From Bacillota bacterium (GTDB taxonomy: Bacteria > Bacillota > Sulfobacillia > DUSP01 > JBFMCS01): a stretch of 64,000 nt of DNA. The DNA lies in the NCBI GenBank assembly GCA_040754315.1, contig JBFMCS010000013.1, forward strand, positions 5,638 through 69,637. Direction: 5' to 3'. Every line of letters begins with the position of its first letter. Position 1 is the first letter of the stretch. Below the pieces are notes generated by a model. That model did not search any database. It saw only the letters and a list, made by a program, of their open reading frames with translations, and had not been told where the DNA came from. The position numbers were made by a program, and so were the translations under genes. Positions 18,698 through 28,164 of this stretch are shown here, in pieces.

Positions 18698-19410
18698 GTG
18701 CTGCAACAGACACTTGACAAGCTTACCCGGATGAGGCTTTCTGGAATGGCTCAGGCGCTCGATGAGCAAATGGCGCAGCCTGAAATCACGAGCCTTGCCT
18801 TCGAAGACCGCCTCGGAATCCTCGTTGACCGGGAGTCTGACCTGCGAGAAAATCGACAACTCGCTCGTAGTCTGAAAGAGGCTAAACTAAAGCAGCAAGC
18901 CTGTGTTGAGGATGTGGATTCCGTCATCCCCGGGGCCTAGATCGCTCGACCTTCTTCTCCCTAGCCGCAATAAAAGCGCCACAACGTCATTATCACCGGA
19001 CCTGCGGGAGTGGGTAAGACCTTCGTTTCCTGTGCCCTAGGAAACAACGCCTGCCGGTTGAGATTCTCGGTACGCTATTGGCGTACCTCCCGGCTTCTCG
19101 GGGCCATTACTGTCGCACGGGCCGACGGAAGCTGCGACACTCTCATTCGTAAACTCCAGAAAACCGATCTCTTGCTCCTGGATGACTGGGGCATCGCTCC
19201 TCTCTAGGTAGCAGAGGCTCGGGATCTACTCGACATTCTCGAAGATCGCAACCAGACCCGCTCCACCCTCATCTCCACCCTGTTAGCGACTGGCATGCCC
19301 TGCTGGCCGATCCCACCCTTGCCGATGCTATCCTCGATCGCTTGGTACATAATGCCTACAAAATTGAACTCAGGGGGGAATCCATGAGGAAACTTCTCTC
19401 AAAACTTGAC
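18698..19410 (+). pseudogene. istB: istB AAA+ helper, frameshifted with internal stops
   Basis: [54 protein letters not shown], spread over several frames. Confidence 0.9.
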
Positions 19411-19631
19411 CGATTTCGGCCACCCGGATACATTATCCATAACAACCGGCGTCGCTTCGCTCCGACCCGGCCGGAAACCCCGGAACAGATGGCCGATTTC
19501 ACCGGAATGCGCAATAAGAAGAGTTTTGCCCGTGGGTGCTTTTGTTTCTTGTCCTGAAAAGGCTTCAAACAAGCGGGTTTCCGTGATGAGCGAAGGCGCT
19601 TGTAGGCCGAGGGAAGGACGCCACAACCAGG

Positions 19632-19903
19632 CTGCTCCCAAGAGTCCACCGCGTTGCTGCCCTCACGAAGCGCTGGGTTATGGGTACAACTCAGCGACTA
19701 CCTGGACTACTATCTCGATGAGTTCACCTTCCGCTTCAACCGCCGGACCTCCAGAAGCGGGGGCAATCTTTTCTATCGGCTGGTGCAGCAGGCAGTACAG
19801 TGGATCTAGCCACTATGACAATATTGTTAACGTGCTACCTCCGTAGGGGTGTTTCCAGCAGCAACACTAGATATAGGGTGTGCTTGAGTCAACTACATAT
19901 CCC
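19632..19903 (+). mobile_element. IS1595-family transposase 3' remnant with probable right end
   Basis: LLPRVHRVAALTKRWVMGT, then a frameshift to DYLDYYLDEFTFRFNRRTSRSGGNLFYRLVQQAV; end-like cttgagtcaactacatatccc. Confidence 0.8.
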
Positions 19904-20203
19904 AGTAGATTTATTCAATATCAGAAACCTGAGCGAGAAGAGAACTTGACATAACGGACTATAAGATAGGGGCGGTTTAAACCTCCAAAACTTCCTCCAA
20001 AGGCAACGGGCGGCGGGTTATGCGGGAAAGATCAAGGGGGATTAAGCCCTGCCGCAGCAAGGAGGTGAAGGGCGTCGCAAAAGACGGCAAACAGGGGCGG
20101 CGCGATAGCCAGCCGTTTGTGCAGATGAGCCAATCAGCCCAGAAACAGGCGAATCTTCTCTTCCGTCAAGTAATTTGAAAAATGACAGGGAGTGTGCATT
20201 GCA

Positions 20204-20764
20204 TCAATTTACATCAGATTGGCCAGTGCCGGTTTTTTCCTCTCTTTCCATCTCGGAGGCCTCGGCTTCCAGCTCTGGGAGGTCCTCAGCACTCCTCAGA
20301 CCGAAGTAGTGAAGGCACCTGCTGGTCACTCCGTAGAGAATTGGCCTGCCAATGGCGTCCTTCCGTCCGGTCTCTTCGATAAGGCCCCTCTCCTCCAGGG
20401 TTTGCAGCGCCGTCTCACAGCGTACACCGCGGATGCTCTCAATCTCGGCCCTGGTTACCGGCTGGCGGTAAATGATAATGGCCAGGGTCTCCAGGGCTGC
20501 CTGGGAGAGGGGCGGTGGGGGCTTGGGTCTCCCCAGGCGTTCCACAAAGACGCCGAACTCCGGTTTGGTGGTGAGCTGGTATCCCCCGGCCACCTCTTGA
20601 ATGCCTATGCCACGGGTCTTGGACAGGGAGGACCTGAGCTCGGTGATGTACACCAGCGTCTCCATCTCGGTGACCTCCAGTATCCTGGCCATCTCCTCCA
20701 GTGGGAGGGGCTCAGCGGCGGCGAACAGCAGCGCCTCAATGGCCTCGGGGCCCTTCTCTGCCAC
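20204..20764 (-). CDS. scpB: Segregation and condensation protein B
   Basis: IEALLFAAAEPL, EVAGGYQLTTK, LSQAALETLAIIIYRQPVTRAEIESIRGV. Confidence 0.97.
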   Translation of the reverse strand: MAEKGPEAIEALLFAAAEPLPLEEMARILEVTEMETLVYITELRSSLSKTRGIGIQEVAGGYQLTTKPEFGVFVERLGRPKPPPPLSQAALETLAIIIYRQPVTRAEIESIRGVRCETALQTLEERGLIEETGRKDAIGRPILYGVTSRCLHYFGLRSAEDLPELEAEASEMEREEKTGTGQSDVN

Positions 20765-21491
20765 GGTTCTTCCCCCCTTGCCTTGTTGAAAAAACCATCT
20801 CTATCTCGCCGAAGGGCTCAGGCTGGCTTATGAGGACCCGCCTGAGGCGCACGAGTTCCAGGACTACCAGGAAGGTAACGATGACCTCCAGCCTGGTGGC
20901 CTTCTCCCTGATGATCTCCCTGAAGGGAACTGGGATGCCCGGGCTCCGGCTGAGCCTGAGTACCACGTCCCGCATGGTCCTGCGGAAGCTCACCTCTTCG
21001 CGAGGTATCTCCGCCCAGACCTCCTCGGCGGCACCGATGGCCTGCTGGAAGGCCGTGGACAATGCCTCCAGTGTACACCCTTCCAAGAAGCCCAGGTCAG
21101 GCCATTGCCTGGCAAAGCCCGGGAAGGGCCGGGTGTGTCTCATGGCCTGCTGGGATTCGAGGAGCCGCAGGTGGGCAGCTAGAGCCTTGAAACGCTTGTA
21201 CTCCAGGAGCCTGTCCACCAGTTCCTGCCGTGGGTCGTCCTCGTCCTCCAGGGTGACGGGGGGCCTCGGCAGGAGAGTACGGGCCTTCAGGTCCATGAGG
21301 GTCGCTGCCATGACCAGGAACTCACTGGCCGCCTCCAGGTCCAGTCGGCTCATGGCCCCCAGGTACTCAATGTACTGGTGCGTTATGGAGGCCACCGGGA
21401 TGTCCCTGATGTCCACCTTGTTCTTCTCGATGAGGTGAAGGAGCAGGTCCAGGGGCCCCTCAAAAGCCTCCAACCTTACGGCATAGGTCAT
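20736..21491 (-). CDS. scpA: Segregation and condensation protein A
   Basis: FEGPLDLLLHLI, ASEFLVMAATL, IVTFLVVLELVR. Confidence 0.97.
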   Translation of the reverse strand: MTYAVRLEAFEGPLDLLLHLIEKNKVDIRDIPVASITHQYIEYLGAMSRLDLEAASEFLVMAATLMDLKARTLLPRPPVTLEDEDDPRQELVDRLLEYKRFKALAAHLRLLESQQAMRHTRPFPGFARQWPDLGFLEGCTLEALSTAFQQAIGAAEEVWAEIPREEVSFRRTMRDVVLRLSRSPGIPVPFREIIREKATRLEVIVTFLVVLELVRLRRVLISQPEPFGEIEMVFSTRQGGKNRGREGPRGH

Positions 21492-21511
21492 ACGGCGCCC
21501 CTCCCTGGCGG

Positions 21512-22489
21512 CTAGAGCCTCATGGCCTCCCGTACCTCTCCCATGGTCTCCTGAGCCACCGCCCGCGCTCTACTGGCGCCCTCCTCCAAGACGGACCGGA
21601 CCAGATCCGGGTCCGCCGCAAGGTCCTCGCGCCTAGACCTTATGGGTTCCAGGAACTCCCCCATGAGCCTGCCAAGGTTCTTCTTACACTGGACACAGCC
21701 GATTCCCGCGGACCGGCACTCCTCGTCCAGCTGGGAGAGTGTCTCCTTGCCGAACACGCCGTGGAAGGAGTAAACGGTGCACACTTCGGGGTGCCCGGGG
21801 TCGTTTCGCCTAACCCTGGCGGGGTCAGTTATCATCATGGATACTCGATCAAGGATCACCTCAGGGCTGGCAGCCAAGGGGATCTCGTTCTGGTAGCTCT
21901 TGCTCATCTTCCTGCCATCTATCCCAGGAAGGAGCGTGACCTTGTTCAGTATGGCCTCCGGCTCGGGGAACACCGGCCCGAAGAGGTTGTTGAACCGCCT
22001 GGCGATCTCCCGGGAGAGTTCCAGGTGTGGCAACTGGTCCTCCCCAACAGGCACCCGGGTTGCCCTGTACATGAATATGTCAGCGGCCTGGAGCACAGGG
22101 TAGCCCAGGAAACCGTAGGTGGCAATCTCCCTGCCCTCAAGCTCCCTCAGCTGCTCCTTGTATGTGGGTACCCTCTCCAGCCAGGACAGGGGTGTCACCA
22201 TGGAAAGGAGGAGATGGAGCTCGGCGTGCTCCTTGATATCAGACTGCCGCAGTATGACGCTCCTTTCAGGGTCGATGCCCGCAGCCAGCCAGTCCAGGAC
22301 CATCTCCCCTACGTTTTCCCTGAGATCGCTGGTGTCTTCGTAGCCTGTGGTCAGGGCGTGCCAGTCCACCACGCCGAAGAAGCACTGGTAGTCGTCCTGA
22401 AGCCTGATCCAGTTGTCCAGGGCCCCAAGGAGGTTCCCCAGGTGGAGCCTCCCGCTCGGTCTCATCCCGCTGAATATGCGCTCTTTCAT
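21512..22489 (-). CDS. trpS: Tryptophan--tRNA ligase
   Basis: SGMRPSGRLHLGN (HIGH-like), YPVLQAADI, VPVGEDQ, KMSKS. Confidence 0.97.
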   Translation of the reverse strand: MKERIFSGMRPSGRLHLGNLLGALDNWIRLQDDYQCFFGVVDWHALTTGYEDTSDLRENVGEMVLDWLAAGIDPERSVILRQSDIKEHAELHLLLSMVTPLSWLERVPTYKEQLRELEGREIATYGFLGYPVLQAADIFMYRATRVPVGEDQLPHLELSREIARRFNNLFGPVFPEPEAILNKVTLLPGIDGRKMSKSYQNEIPLAASPEVILDRVSMMITDPARVRRNDPGHPEVCTVYSFHGVFGKETLSQLDEECRSAGIGCVQCKKNLGRLMGEFLEPIRSRREDLAADPDLVRSVLEEGASRARAVAQETMGEVREAMRL

Positions 22490-22540
22490 GACTTCTCCAC
22501 TCCCCGGCATGGTGTGAGTGACGTGTACCCCTAGATTGCG

Positions 22541-23152
22541 TTACAGTGTTATGAATCCCCCTGTGGAAAGCTCCAGGGCCAGGAGGATGAGGTTTACCAC
22601 CGGTCCTATGATCCGCTGGAGGATCCCCGTCCACAGCAGGGCGAGAAGCACAACCCAGCCGTAGGGCTCGATCTGGGCAATGTAGCGTCCTGCCGAGCGA
22701 GGCAACAGCCCCGCCAGGATCTTCGAGCCGTCCAGGGGCGGTACTGGAATGATGTTGAAGGCGGCCAGCAATACGTTGTAAAGGAGAAGCTGGCTCACTA
22801 TGGGCCCGGCAGCGCTCAGGGACACGCCTGTGAGGCGCAGCACCAGCATGGTGAGAAAGGCCAGGAAGAGGTTCATAGCGGGCCCTGCCATGGCCACCAG
22901 GACCATCCCCCTCCTCGGGTCCCGGAAGTTGTAGGGATTTACGGGGACAGGCTTAGCCCACCCGAACCGGAAGAACCACAGGGCCAGGAGACCCACGGGG
23001 TCCAGGTGTGCCAGTGGATTCAGGGTGAGACGGCCACTATAGCGGGGGGTTGGGTCTCCGAGAGCATCAGCCGCTTGCGCGTGGGCGTACTCGTGAAACA
23101 CTATTGCCACTAAGAGGGCGGGCAAACGGTAGAGCATGGTAGGGTCCAGCAT
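22541..23152 (-). CDS. Site-2 protease family (M50) membrane metalloprotease
   Basis: HEYAH, TLNPLAHLDPVG, AGPAMN, FNIIPVPPLDGSK. Confidence 0.93.
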   Translation of the reverse strand: MLDPTMLYRLPALLVAIVFHEYAHAQAADALGDPTPRYSGRLTLNPLAHLDPVGLLALWFFRFGWAKPVPVNPYNFRDPRRGMVLVAMAGPAMNLFLAFLTMLVLRLTGVSLSAAGPIVSQLLLYNVLLAAFNIIPVPPLDGSKILAGLLPRSAGRYIAQIEPYGWVVLLALLWTGILQRIIGPVVNLILLALELSTGGFITL

Positions 23153-23294
23153 CCAGAGGCCTCCTTGTAGGTACTGCCGATATTAATACGCCACCCGGGG
23201 GCTGTTTCCTGTATAACGTGCTGGTCAGATCTGCCTCCCCAAATTCTCCTTTCTCCCCAGGCGGCCCGCTTACGCGGTGTCCTCCCTGGCAGGT

Positions 23295-24770
23295 TCAGGA
23301 ATCCCGTGGTGCCTTGTCGGGCTCCTGCGGTTTCAGGGCCGAGGGTCTTCCCGTGTCCACTGGTATGGGTCTCCGGACAAGGACAGACTTCAGGGCCGCC
23401 CAATCAAAGGGTATAAGAGGCCACAGGTACGGCACACCGAAGGACCGGGTGAAACCCAGCAGCACCGTGAGGGCGAGCAGGCCGCCGGCAAGGCCCAGGA
23501 TCCCAAAGACCCCCACGGCCCCCAGGAGAGCAAGACGAGAGAGCTTCACCGCTAGCGCGAACTCCAGGCTGGGCGTGCCGAAGGTCCCCAGAGCTGCCAC
23601 GGCCACGTAAAGAATGGTTTCTGATGCCAGGAGACCTACGGAAATGGCAATCTGGCCTAGGAGTATTGCGCCAATGAATCCCAGGGCGGTTCCCAGGGCG
23701 GCGGGCGTGTGGACTAGCGCTATCCTTATGAGGTCCACACCTAGCTCGGCGATGAAGAACTGGGCCAGGAGGGGTATGTTCCCTTGACTCCTAGGGCCTA
23801 TGAAGTCCAGGGCTTCCGGAAGAAGCTCGGGCCTCAGTGCCAGCGCTACCCACAGCGGCGGGCCCACAAGGCTCAAGGCGATCCCCAGGAATCGCACCCA
23901 GCGGATGTACACGCCCACCAGCGTGTTTTCCCGGTATTCCTCGGCGTGCTGCACGTGGTGGAAGAGTGTGGCAGGGAGTATGATGACGCTAGGGCTTGTA
24001 TCCACCAGCACTATAACATGCCCCTCCAGAAGGTGCACAGCCGCTACGTCGGGCCTCTCGGTGAACCTCACGCGGGGGAAGGGGTTCCACCACCCCCATG
24101 GTCCCACCAGGAATTCCTCCACTGTCTTCTCGGCCATGGGAATGGCATCCGTCTGTATCCTGGCGATCTGGTCCTTGACCTTCTTGACCAGGTCCAAGTT
24201 ACATACATCCTTCAGGTATATGACGGCCACGTCAGTCTTGGAGCGTCGCCCCACCCTGATGGCCTCCGCCCTGAAGCTGGGGTCCCGCAGCCTGCGCCTG
24301 ATGAGCACCGTGTTTAAGACGAGGGTCTCAACCATCCCGTCACGGGAGCCCCGCACAACCCTCTCCAGGTCCGGCTCGTCAGGCTCACGGCCGGGGTACT
24401 CCCGGACATCTACCATGACCGCATGGCTGTCACCGTCCACCAGGATGGCCACCTGACCTGCTAGGACCTCAGTGATCAGGTCATCGTAGGTGTCAACCTC
24501 CTTGGCCTCGGCGTAGTTCAGGTATTCCTTCATGAGCCTCTCTGCAGGGTTGGGAGCGAGGTCACCCTGTTTTAGCTTGAGCAGACTCTCTATGACCCGC
24601 TGGAGCGCAAGGTCGTTGATGAGGCCATCCACCCATATGAGGGCGGCATCCTTCTGGGCGATCCTTAAGCGTCTCTCCCAGAGGTCGAAGGACTCACCTA
24701 TACCCATGGTCTGGGTCAGAAGCTCCATGTTCTTCCTTAGGCGCCTTGACATCTTTCCAGCCAGCGGCAA
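23295..24770 (-). CDS. spoVAF: Stage V sporulation protein AF (GerA-family membrane protein)
   Basis: RGSRDGMVETL..NTVLIRRR, FPRVRFTERPDVAAVHLLEG, QHAEEYRE; last gene of spoVA; TTG at 24770. Confidence 0.9.
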   Translation of the reverse strand: MPLAGKMSRRLRKNMELLTQTMGIGESFDLWERRLRIAQKDAALIWVDGLINDLALQRVIESLLKLKQGDLAPNPAERLMKEYLNYAEAKEVDTYDDLITEVLAGQVAILVDGDSHAVMVDVREYPGREPDEPDLERVVRGSRDGMVETLVLNTVLIRRRLRDPSFRAEAIRVGRRSKTDVAVIYLKDVCNLDLVKKVKDQIARIQTDAIPMAEKTVEEFLVGPWGWWNPFPRVRFTERPDVAAVHLLEGHVIVLVDTSPSVIILPATLFHHVQHAEEYRENTLVGVYIRWVRFLGIALSLVGPPLWVALALRPELLPEALDFIGPRSQGNIPLLAQFFIAELGVDLIRIALVHTPAALGTALGFIGAILLGQIAISVGLLASETILYVAVAALGTFGTPSLEFALAVKLSRLALLGAVGVFGILGLAGGLLALTVLLGFTRSFGVPYLWPLIPFDWAALKSVLVRRPIPVDTGRPSALKPQEPDKAPRDS

Positions 24771-24774
24771 CCCT

Positions 24775-25128
24775 TCACCCCCTGGGGTTGAACACCAGTG
24801 CCATGATATACCCAAAGATGATAGCGGAACCGATGCCCCCCGATGCCGCCGCCAGGCCCCCGGATAGCACGCCTGGCAGGCCCTGGGCGGTGACGGCGTC
24901 CAGGGTCCCCTGCACCATGACATGACCGAAGCCTGTGAGGGGTACCGTGGCCCCGGCTCCTCCGAACAGCACCAGCGGCTCGTAAAAACCGAGGGCGCTG
25001 GCCAGGGCCCCCAGGATCACGAAAAGCACCATGACGTGGGCTGGGTGGACCTTGGTCACGTCCATGAATACCTGGGCCAAGGCACAGAGGACCCCGCCCA
25101 CAAGAAAGGCAGCGAAGAACGGGTTCAT
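24775..25128 (-). CDS. spoVAE: Stage V sporulation protein AE
   Basis: AFLVGGVLCALAQ, GAGATVPLTGFGH, FGYIMALVFNPRG. Confidence 0.93.
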   Translation of the reverse strand: MNPFFAAFLVGGVLCALAQVFMDVTKVHPAHVMVLFVILGALASALGFYEPLVLFGGAGATVPLTGFGHVMVQGTLDAVTAQGLPGVLSGGLAAASGGIGSAIIFGYIMALVFNPRG

Positions 25129-26141
25129 GGTCCTGGAACCTCCACCACCACGGCTTGGGCTATGCAGGGTATGCTCTCTCCCTGCTGGACGGAGGTGGGG
25201 CTATGGAGGGCCCCCGTGGCTACCACCAGGACCCGGGCCAGCCCTCCCTCAAGGAGTCCCTTGTAGATGTGGCCTGTGAACGCAGCGGCCACGCAGCCGC
25301 AGCCACTCCCGCCGGCATTCACGTCGGTTTGATCCCGGGGGAATATGAGGAGGCCGCTGTCCTGGTGAACACGGCTGACATCCACCCCCTCCCCCTCCAG
25401 GAGAACCCTCATGGCCGCGGTGCCTACCTGCCCCAGGTCTCCCGTAAGTATCAGGTCGTAGTCCTCGGGGGTGCGCCCGGTGTCCTGCAGGTGCTGCCAT
25501 ATGGTGTCCGCCGCCGCGGGCGCCATCGCCGAGCCCATGTCATTGGGGTCCGTGCCCCCAAGATCAACGACCTTCCCTATGGTGGCCATGGAAATCACTG
25601 GGCGGTTGCCGTACCCCACCAGGGCTGCCCCCGACGCCGTGACTGTCCACTGAGCGGTGGGTGCGCGCTGGTTCGCGAACTCCGCGGGGTACCTGAGCTG
25701 CCTCTCAGCTGTGTCATGGTGGCTGGAGGTGGCCGCCAAGGCATACTTGACGTACCTCCCCTCCACGGCCATTGCAGCGATAATGAGGGCCTCCACCATT
25801 GTCGAGCAAGCCCCATAGAGGCCCAGGAAGGGTATGGAGAGGTTCCGGGCGGCAAAATTGGCGTTGATGCACTGGTTAAGCAGGTCTCCAGCAACGAAGA
25901 GGCCAACATCGGTTTCTCTTAGTCCCGCCTTCTTCAGGCAAAGCTGGGCGGCCTCCTCCATCATGCGGCACTCTGCCTTCTCCCAGCTGTCTTGGCCCGA
26001 CAGGGTGTCTTCCTTGATGATGTCAAATGAGTCCCCCAGGGGCCCGCGGCCTTCCAGGGGGCCCACGACTGAGGCCGTCTCAAGAATACTGGGGGGCGCC
26101 GGGAAAACCATGGTCTGCTTGCCCTTGAGCTTGAGATCCAT
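25125..26141 (-). CDS. spoVAD: Stage V sporulation protein AD (DPA-binding)
   Basis: WEKAE, GDLLNQ, FLGLYGACSTM, QWTVTASGA, MGSAMAPAA, GGSGCGC. Confidence 0.96.
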   Translation of the reverse strand: MDLKLKGKQTMVFPAPPSILETASVVGPLEGRGPLGDSFDIIKEDTLSGQDSWEKAECRMMEEAAQLCLKKAGLRETDVGLFVAGDLLNQCINANFAARNLSIPFLGLYGACSTMVEALIIAAMAVEGRYVKYALAATSSHHDTAERQLRYPAEFANQRAPTAQWTVTASGAALVGYGNRPVISMATIGKVVDLGGTDPNDMGSAMAPAAADTIWQHLQDTGRTPEDYDLILTGDLGQVGTAAMRVLLEGEGVDVSRVHQDSGLLIFPRDQTDVNAGGSGCGCVAAAFTGHIYKGLLEGGLARVLVVATGALHSPTSVQQGESIPCIAQAVVVEVPGP

Positions 26142-26244
26142 GCTATGCCTCCCCCCGGGGAACTGTCCCCCTAGTTGTTTCCGTCTCTTTCGTAATACTC
26201 AAGGCACCGGGGGCCCGCCCCTTTTGGCCGGCCCCCGGCCAGGT

Positions 26245-26703
26245 TCAGGGCCTGAACCATAGCAGCCAGTACACCAGTCCAATGGCACTGGAGGCAACGG
26301 TCACGAAGACCAGGACAGGCCCGGCTATGGTGAACATGCGAGCGGCAACCCCCAGAACGAAGCCCTCCCTCTTGAACTCCAGCGCTGGCGCCACGATGGA
26401 GTTGGCGAACCCCGTTATAGGGAGAGCGGCACCCATGCCGGCAATGCGACCCAGGTGGTCATATACACCGAGCCCCGTGAAGAAGGCCCCAAGGAAGATC
26501 ATGATCACCGAGGTAAAGCCTGATGCATGCCTTAGGGTCAACCCTTGCGCCAGGAGCGAGCTGAAGAACACCTGGCCCAGGGCCGAGATGGCTCCCCCCG
26601 CAACAAAGGCTTTCAACGCATTTTGCATGATGGGCCTTCGGGGAGTGACCCCCCCGCTGAGCTTCTTGTAGCACTTCTCCTGTTGCTTTGTCGCTTTGGG
26701 CAC
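26245..26703 (-). CDS. spoVAC: Stage V sporulation protein AC
   Basis: AFVAGGAISALGQ, GAALPITGFANSIVAPALEFKREG, MFTIAGPV. Confidence 0.96.
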   Translation of the reverse strand: MPKATKQQEKCYKKLSGGVTPRRPIMQNALKAFVAGGAISALGQVFFSSLLAQGLTLRHASGFTSVIMIFLGAFFTGLGVYDHLGRIAGMGAALPITGFANSIVAPALEFKREGFVLGVAARMFTIAGPVLVFVTVASSAIGLVYWLLWFRP

Positions 26704-26718
26704 CCGATGCCGCCCCTC

Positions 26719-26916
26719 CTACTCCGAGTAGGCCACCTTGCAGTCCGCCTTGAACTCGTGTATTCTCCCACCCTCTACGTTTGCCGTCATGTTAATCACC
26801 TCAACGGCATGAACCCTGGGCACACTCCTTAGGGCCTCCGCCACAGCGTTCTCCACCGCATCGGACCAGTCTTTCTTAGACGACCCCACAACCTCCATCA
26901 CCTTGGCACAAGTCAT
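26719..26916 (-). CDS. Dodecin family flavin-binding protein
   Basis: KVMEVVGSS...W.DAVENAVAEA...GRIHEFKADCKVA; ATG at 26916 with AAGGAGG RBS. Confidence 0.88.
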   Translation of the reverse strand: MTCAKVMEVVGSSKKDWSDAVENAVAEALRSVPRVHAVEVINMTANVEGGRIHEFKADCKVAYSE

Positions 26917-26928
26917 CTCCATTCCTCC

Positions 26929-27345
26929 TTAACGTATGCCCGGGAAAACCCACTGGAATAGGGATCCCAGGGTCTTGCCGGCGAGGAGTGCCCCCACCAG
27001 GTAAGGCATGCTATCCTCCACCCCGAGCCTGCGACCCACCACGGGCAGCACATTCAACACCTCGGCCACAGCTGCCGTCAGGAGTCCCACACTCACCCCT
27101 GTGAACAGACCCACAGCGACCATCGTCACCTCTGGCATCCTCATGCTCAGGTCCAGCGTGTCTGCAAGGGATGCGAGGAGCGCCCCCAGCATGATCGAGG
27201 TCTCATAGGTCCTGACCCTGTGAGGGGTGCCTGTGAGCCTGGCGAGTCTCGGCACGATGTCCAGAAGGCTCAGCAGTGCTACCAAGCCTGCGCCGGTGGC
27301 CAGGCCCTCCGCCATGGCAACCAGGCCAGCCAGTGCCTCTTTCAA
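26929..27345 (-). CDS. spoVAB: Stage V sporulation protein AB
   Basis: LDIVPRLARLT, AAVAEVLNVLPVVGRRLG, GKTLGSL; TTG start overlaps the spoVAA stop. Confidence 0.88.
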   Translation of the reverse strand: MKEALAGLVAMAEGLATGAGLVALLSLLDIVPRLARLTGTPHRVRTYETSIMLGALLASLADTLDLSMRMPEVTMVAVGLFTGVSVGLLTAAVAEVLNVLPVVGRRLGVEDSMPYLVGALLAGKTLGSLFQWVFPGIR

Positions 27346-27953
27346 GGTGTGTCTTCCCCGGCCCGTTCCTCCTCCCTCGAGGCGATGCACTGCTGCACAT
27401 TCCTATCGTAGAGGAACATTTCCACCTCCAGTGGGCTGGGCTCGTCACGCCCCATGAGCCAGCGGAAGTGGTTGAAGAACAGGCCAATCCCCAGGCCGAT
27501 CCCCAGGGAGTAGGGAACCTGCATGATGAGGGGCCTCGTAACAGCCTCTCCGGTAATAAACCAGTAGAGCCGGGCCTGGGCCTGGGCCATGCTCACCTCG
27601 GAGTGGAAGTTCATTATTGCCAGTCCGGAACCCAGGAAGAGCACTGTAGCCACCAGGACTGTCTTTACCAAGGCAAGAAGGGGGCGCCGGGTTTTCCTCG
27701 CCTCCACCAACACCACGACCTCGTCCTCGCCCAGGAGGGACACCTGCACATCCGGGAGGGAGGACATAACCACCCTGGCAATATCCAGGGCTGACAGCAC
27801 CAGCGCTCCCCTGTGGCGGCCACCCGCCTTGGCAACGATGAGGCCGCGCGCCTTCTTGGCCAAGCCGGGCTGGCCGGCGACCTCTGCCAAGCGCCCGATT
27901 GTCAAGAGGGATCCCGGTTCCGCGCTGACCTTTCCCCTAACCTTAAGGATCAC
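27342..27953 (-). CDS. spoVAA: Stage V sporulation protein AA
   Basis: FLGSGLAIMNFHSEV, QVPYSLGIGLG..LFFNH, EPSPLEVEMFLY; start is 27953 or 27968. Confidence 0.9.
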   Translation of the reverse strand: MILKVRGKVSAEPGSLLTIGRLAEVAGQPGLAKKARGLIVAKAGGRHRGALVLSALDIARVVMSSLPDVQVSLLGEDEVVVLVEARKTRRPLLALVKTVLVATVLFLGSGLAIMNFHSEVSMAQAQARLYWFITGEAVTRPLIMQVPYSLGIGLGIGLFFNHFRWLMGRDEPSPLEVEMFLYDRNVQQCIASREEERAGEDTP

Positions 27954-27954
27954 C

Positions 27955-28134
27955 TCATGGCTGGGCAATTGCCTTCGCCTCCTCGCCCCCACCAGCCAGG
28001 ACCAGCCTGGAACGGGATGGCAGCTCCGGTGCCCGGGGGCCGTCGGTGGCAAGGTGCCAGAAGGCCAGCACTGCCGCGGCGATCAGCGTAATCACGATGA
28101 ACAAGGCGATGATCCGGGACCTTGGCTGGATCAT
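27955..28134 (-). CDS. Small (59 aa) single-TM protein heading the spoVA operon; below the ORF-track cutoff
   Basis: MIQPRSRIIALFIVITLIAAAVLAFWHLATDGPRAPELPSRSRLVLAGGGEEAKAIAQP*. RBS GGAGGGTGAGG; the stop abuts the spoVAA GTG. Confidence 0.7.
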   Translation of the reverse strand: MIQPRSRIIALFIVITLIAAAVLAFWHLATDGPRAPELPSRSRLVLAGGGEEAKAIAQP

Positions 28135-28164
28135 GGCAATCCCCTCACCCTCCAGCGCTAGACC

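Larger units (their letters stand above)
18354..19513 (+). mobile_element. IS21-family element, internally deleted and non-autonomous, both ends intact
   Basis: TG...CA termini. IRL tgcgtatttcggagtaaaacggccacctgtttcgg matches the reverse complement of IRR at 28/35. Flanks ataaaa/ataaga resemble a 6-bp target duplication with one mismatch. Confidence 0.9.

Noticed and set aside
22490-22540. T-box leader for trpS
   Set aside because: Only 51 nt separate trpS from the upstream protease gene; no T-box motif.
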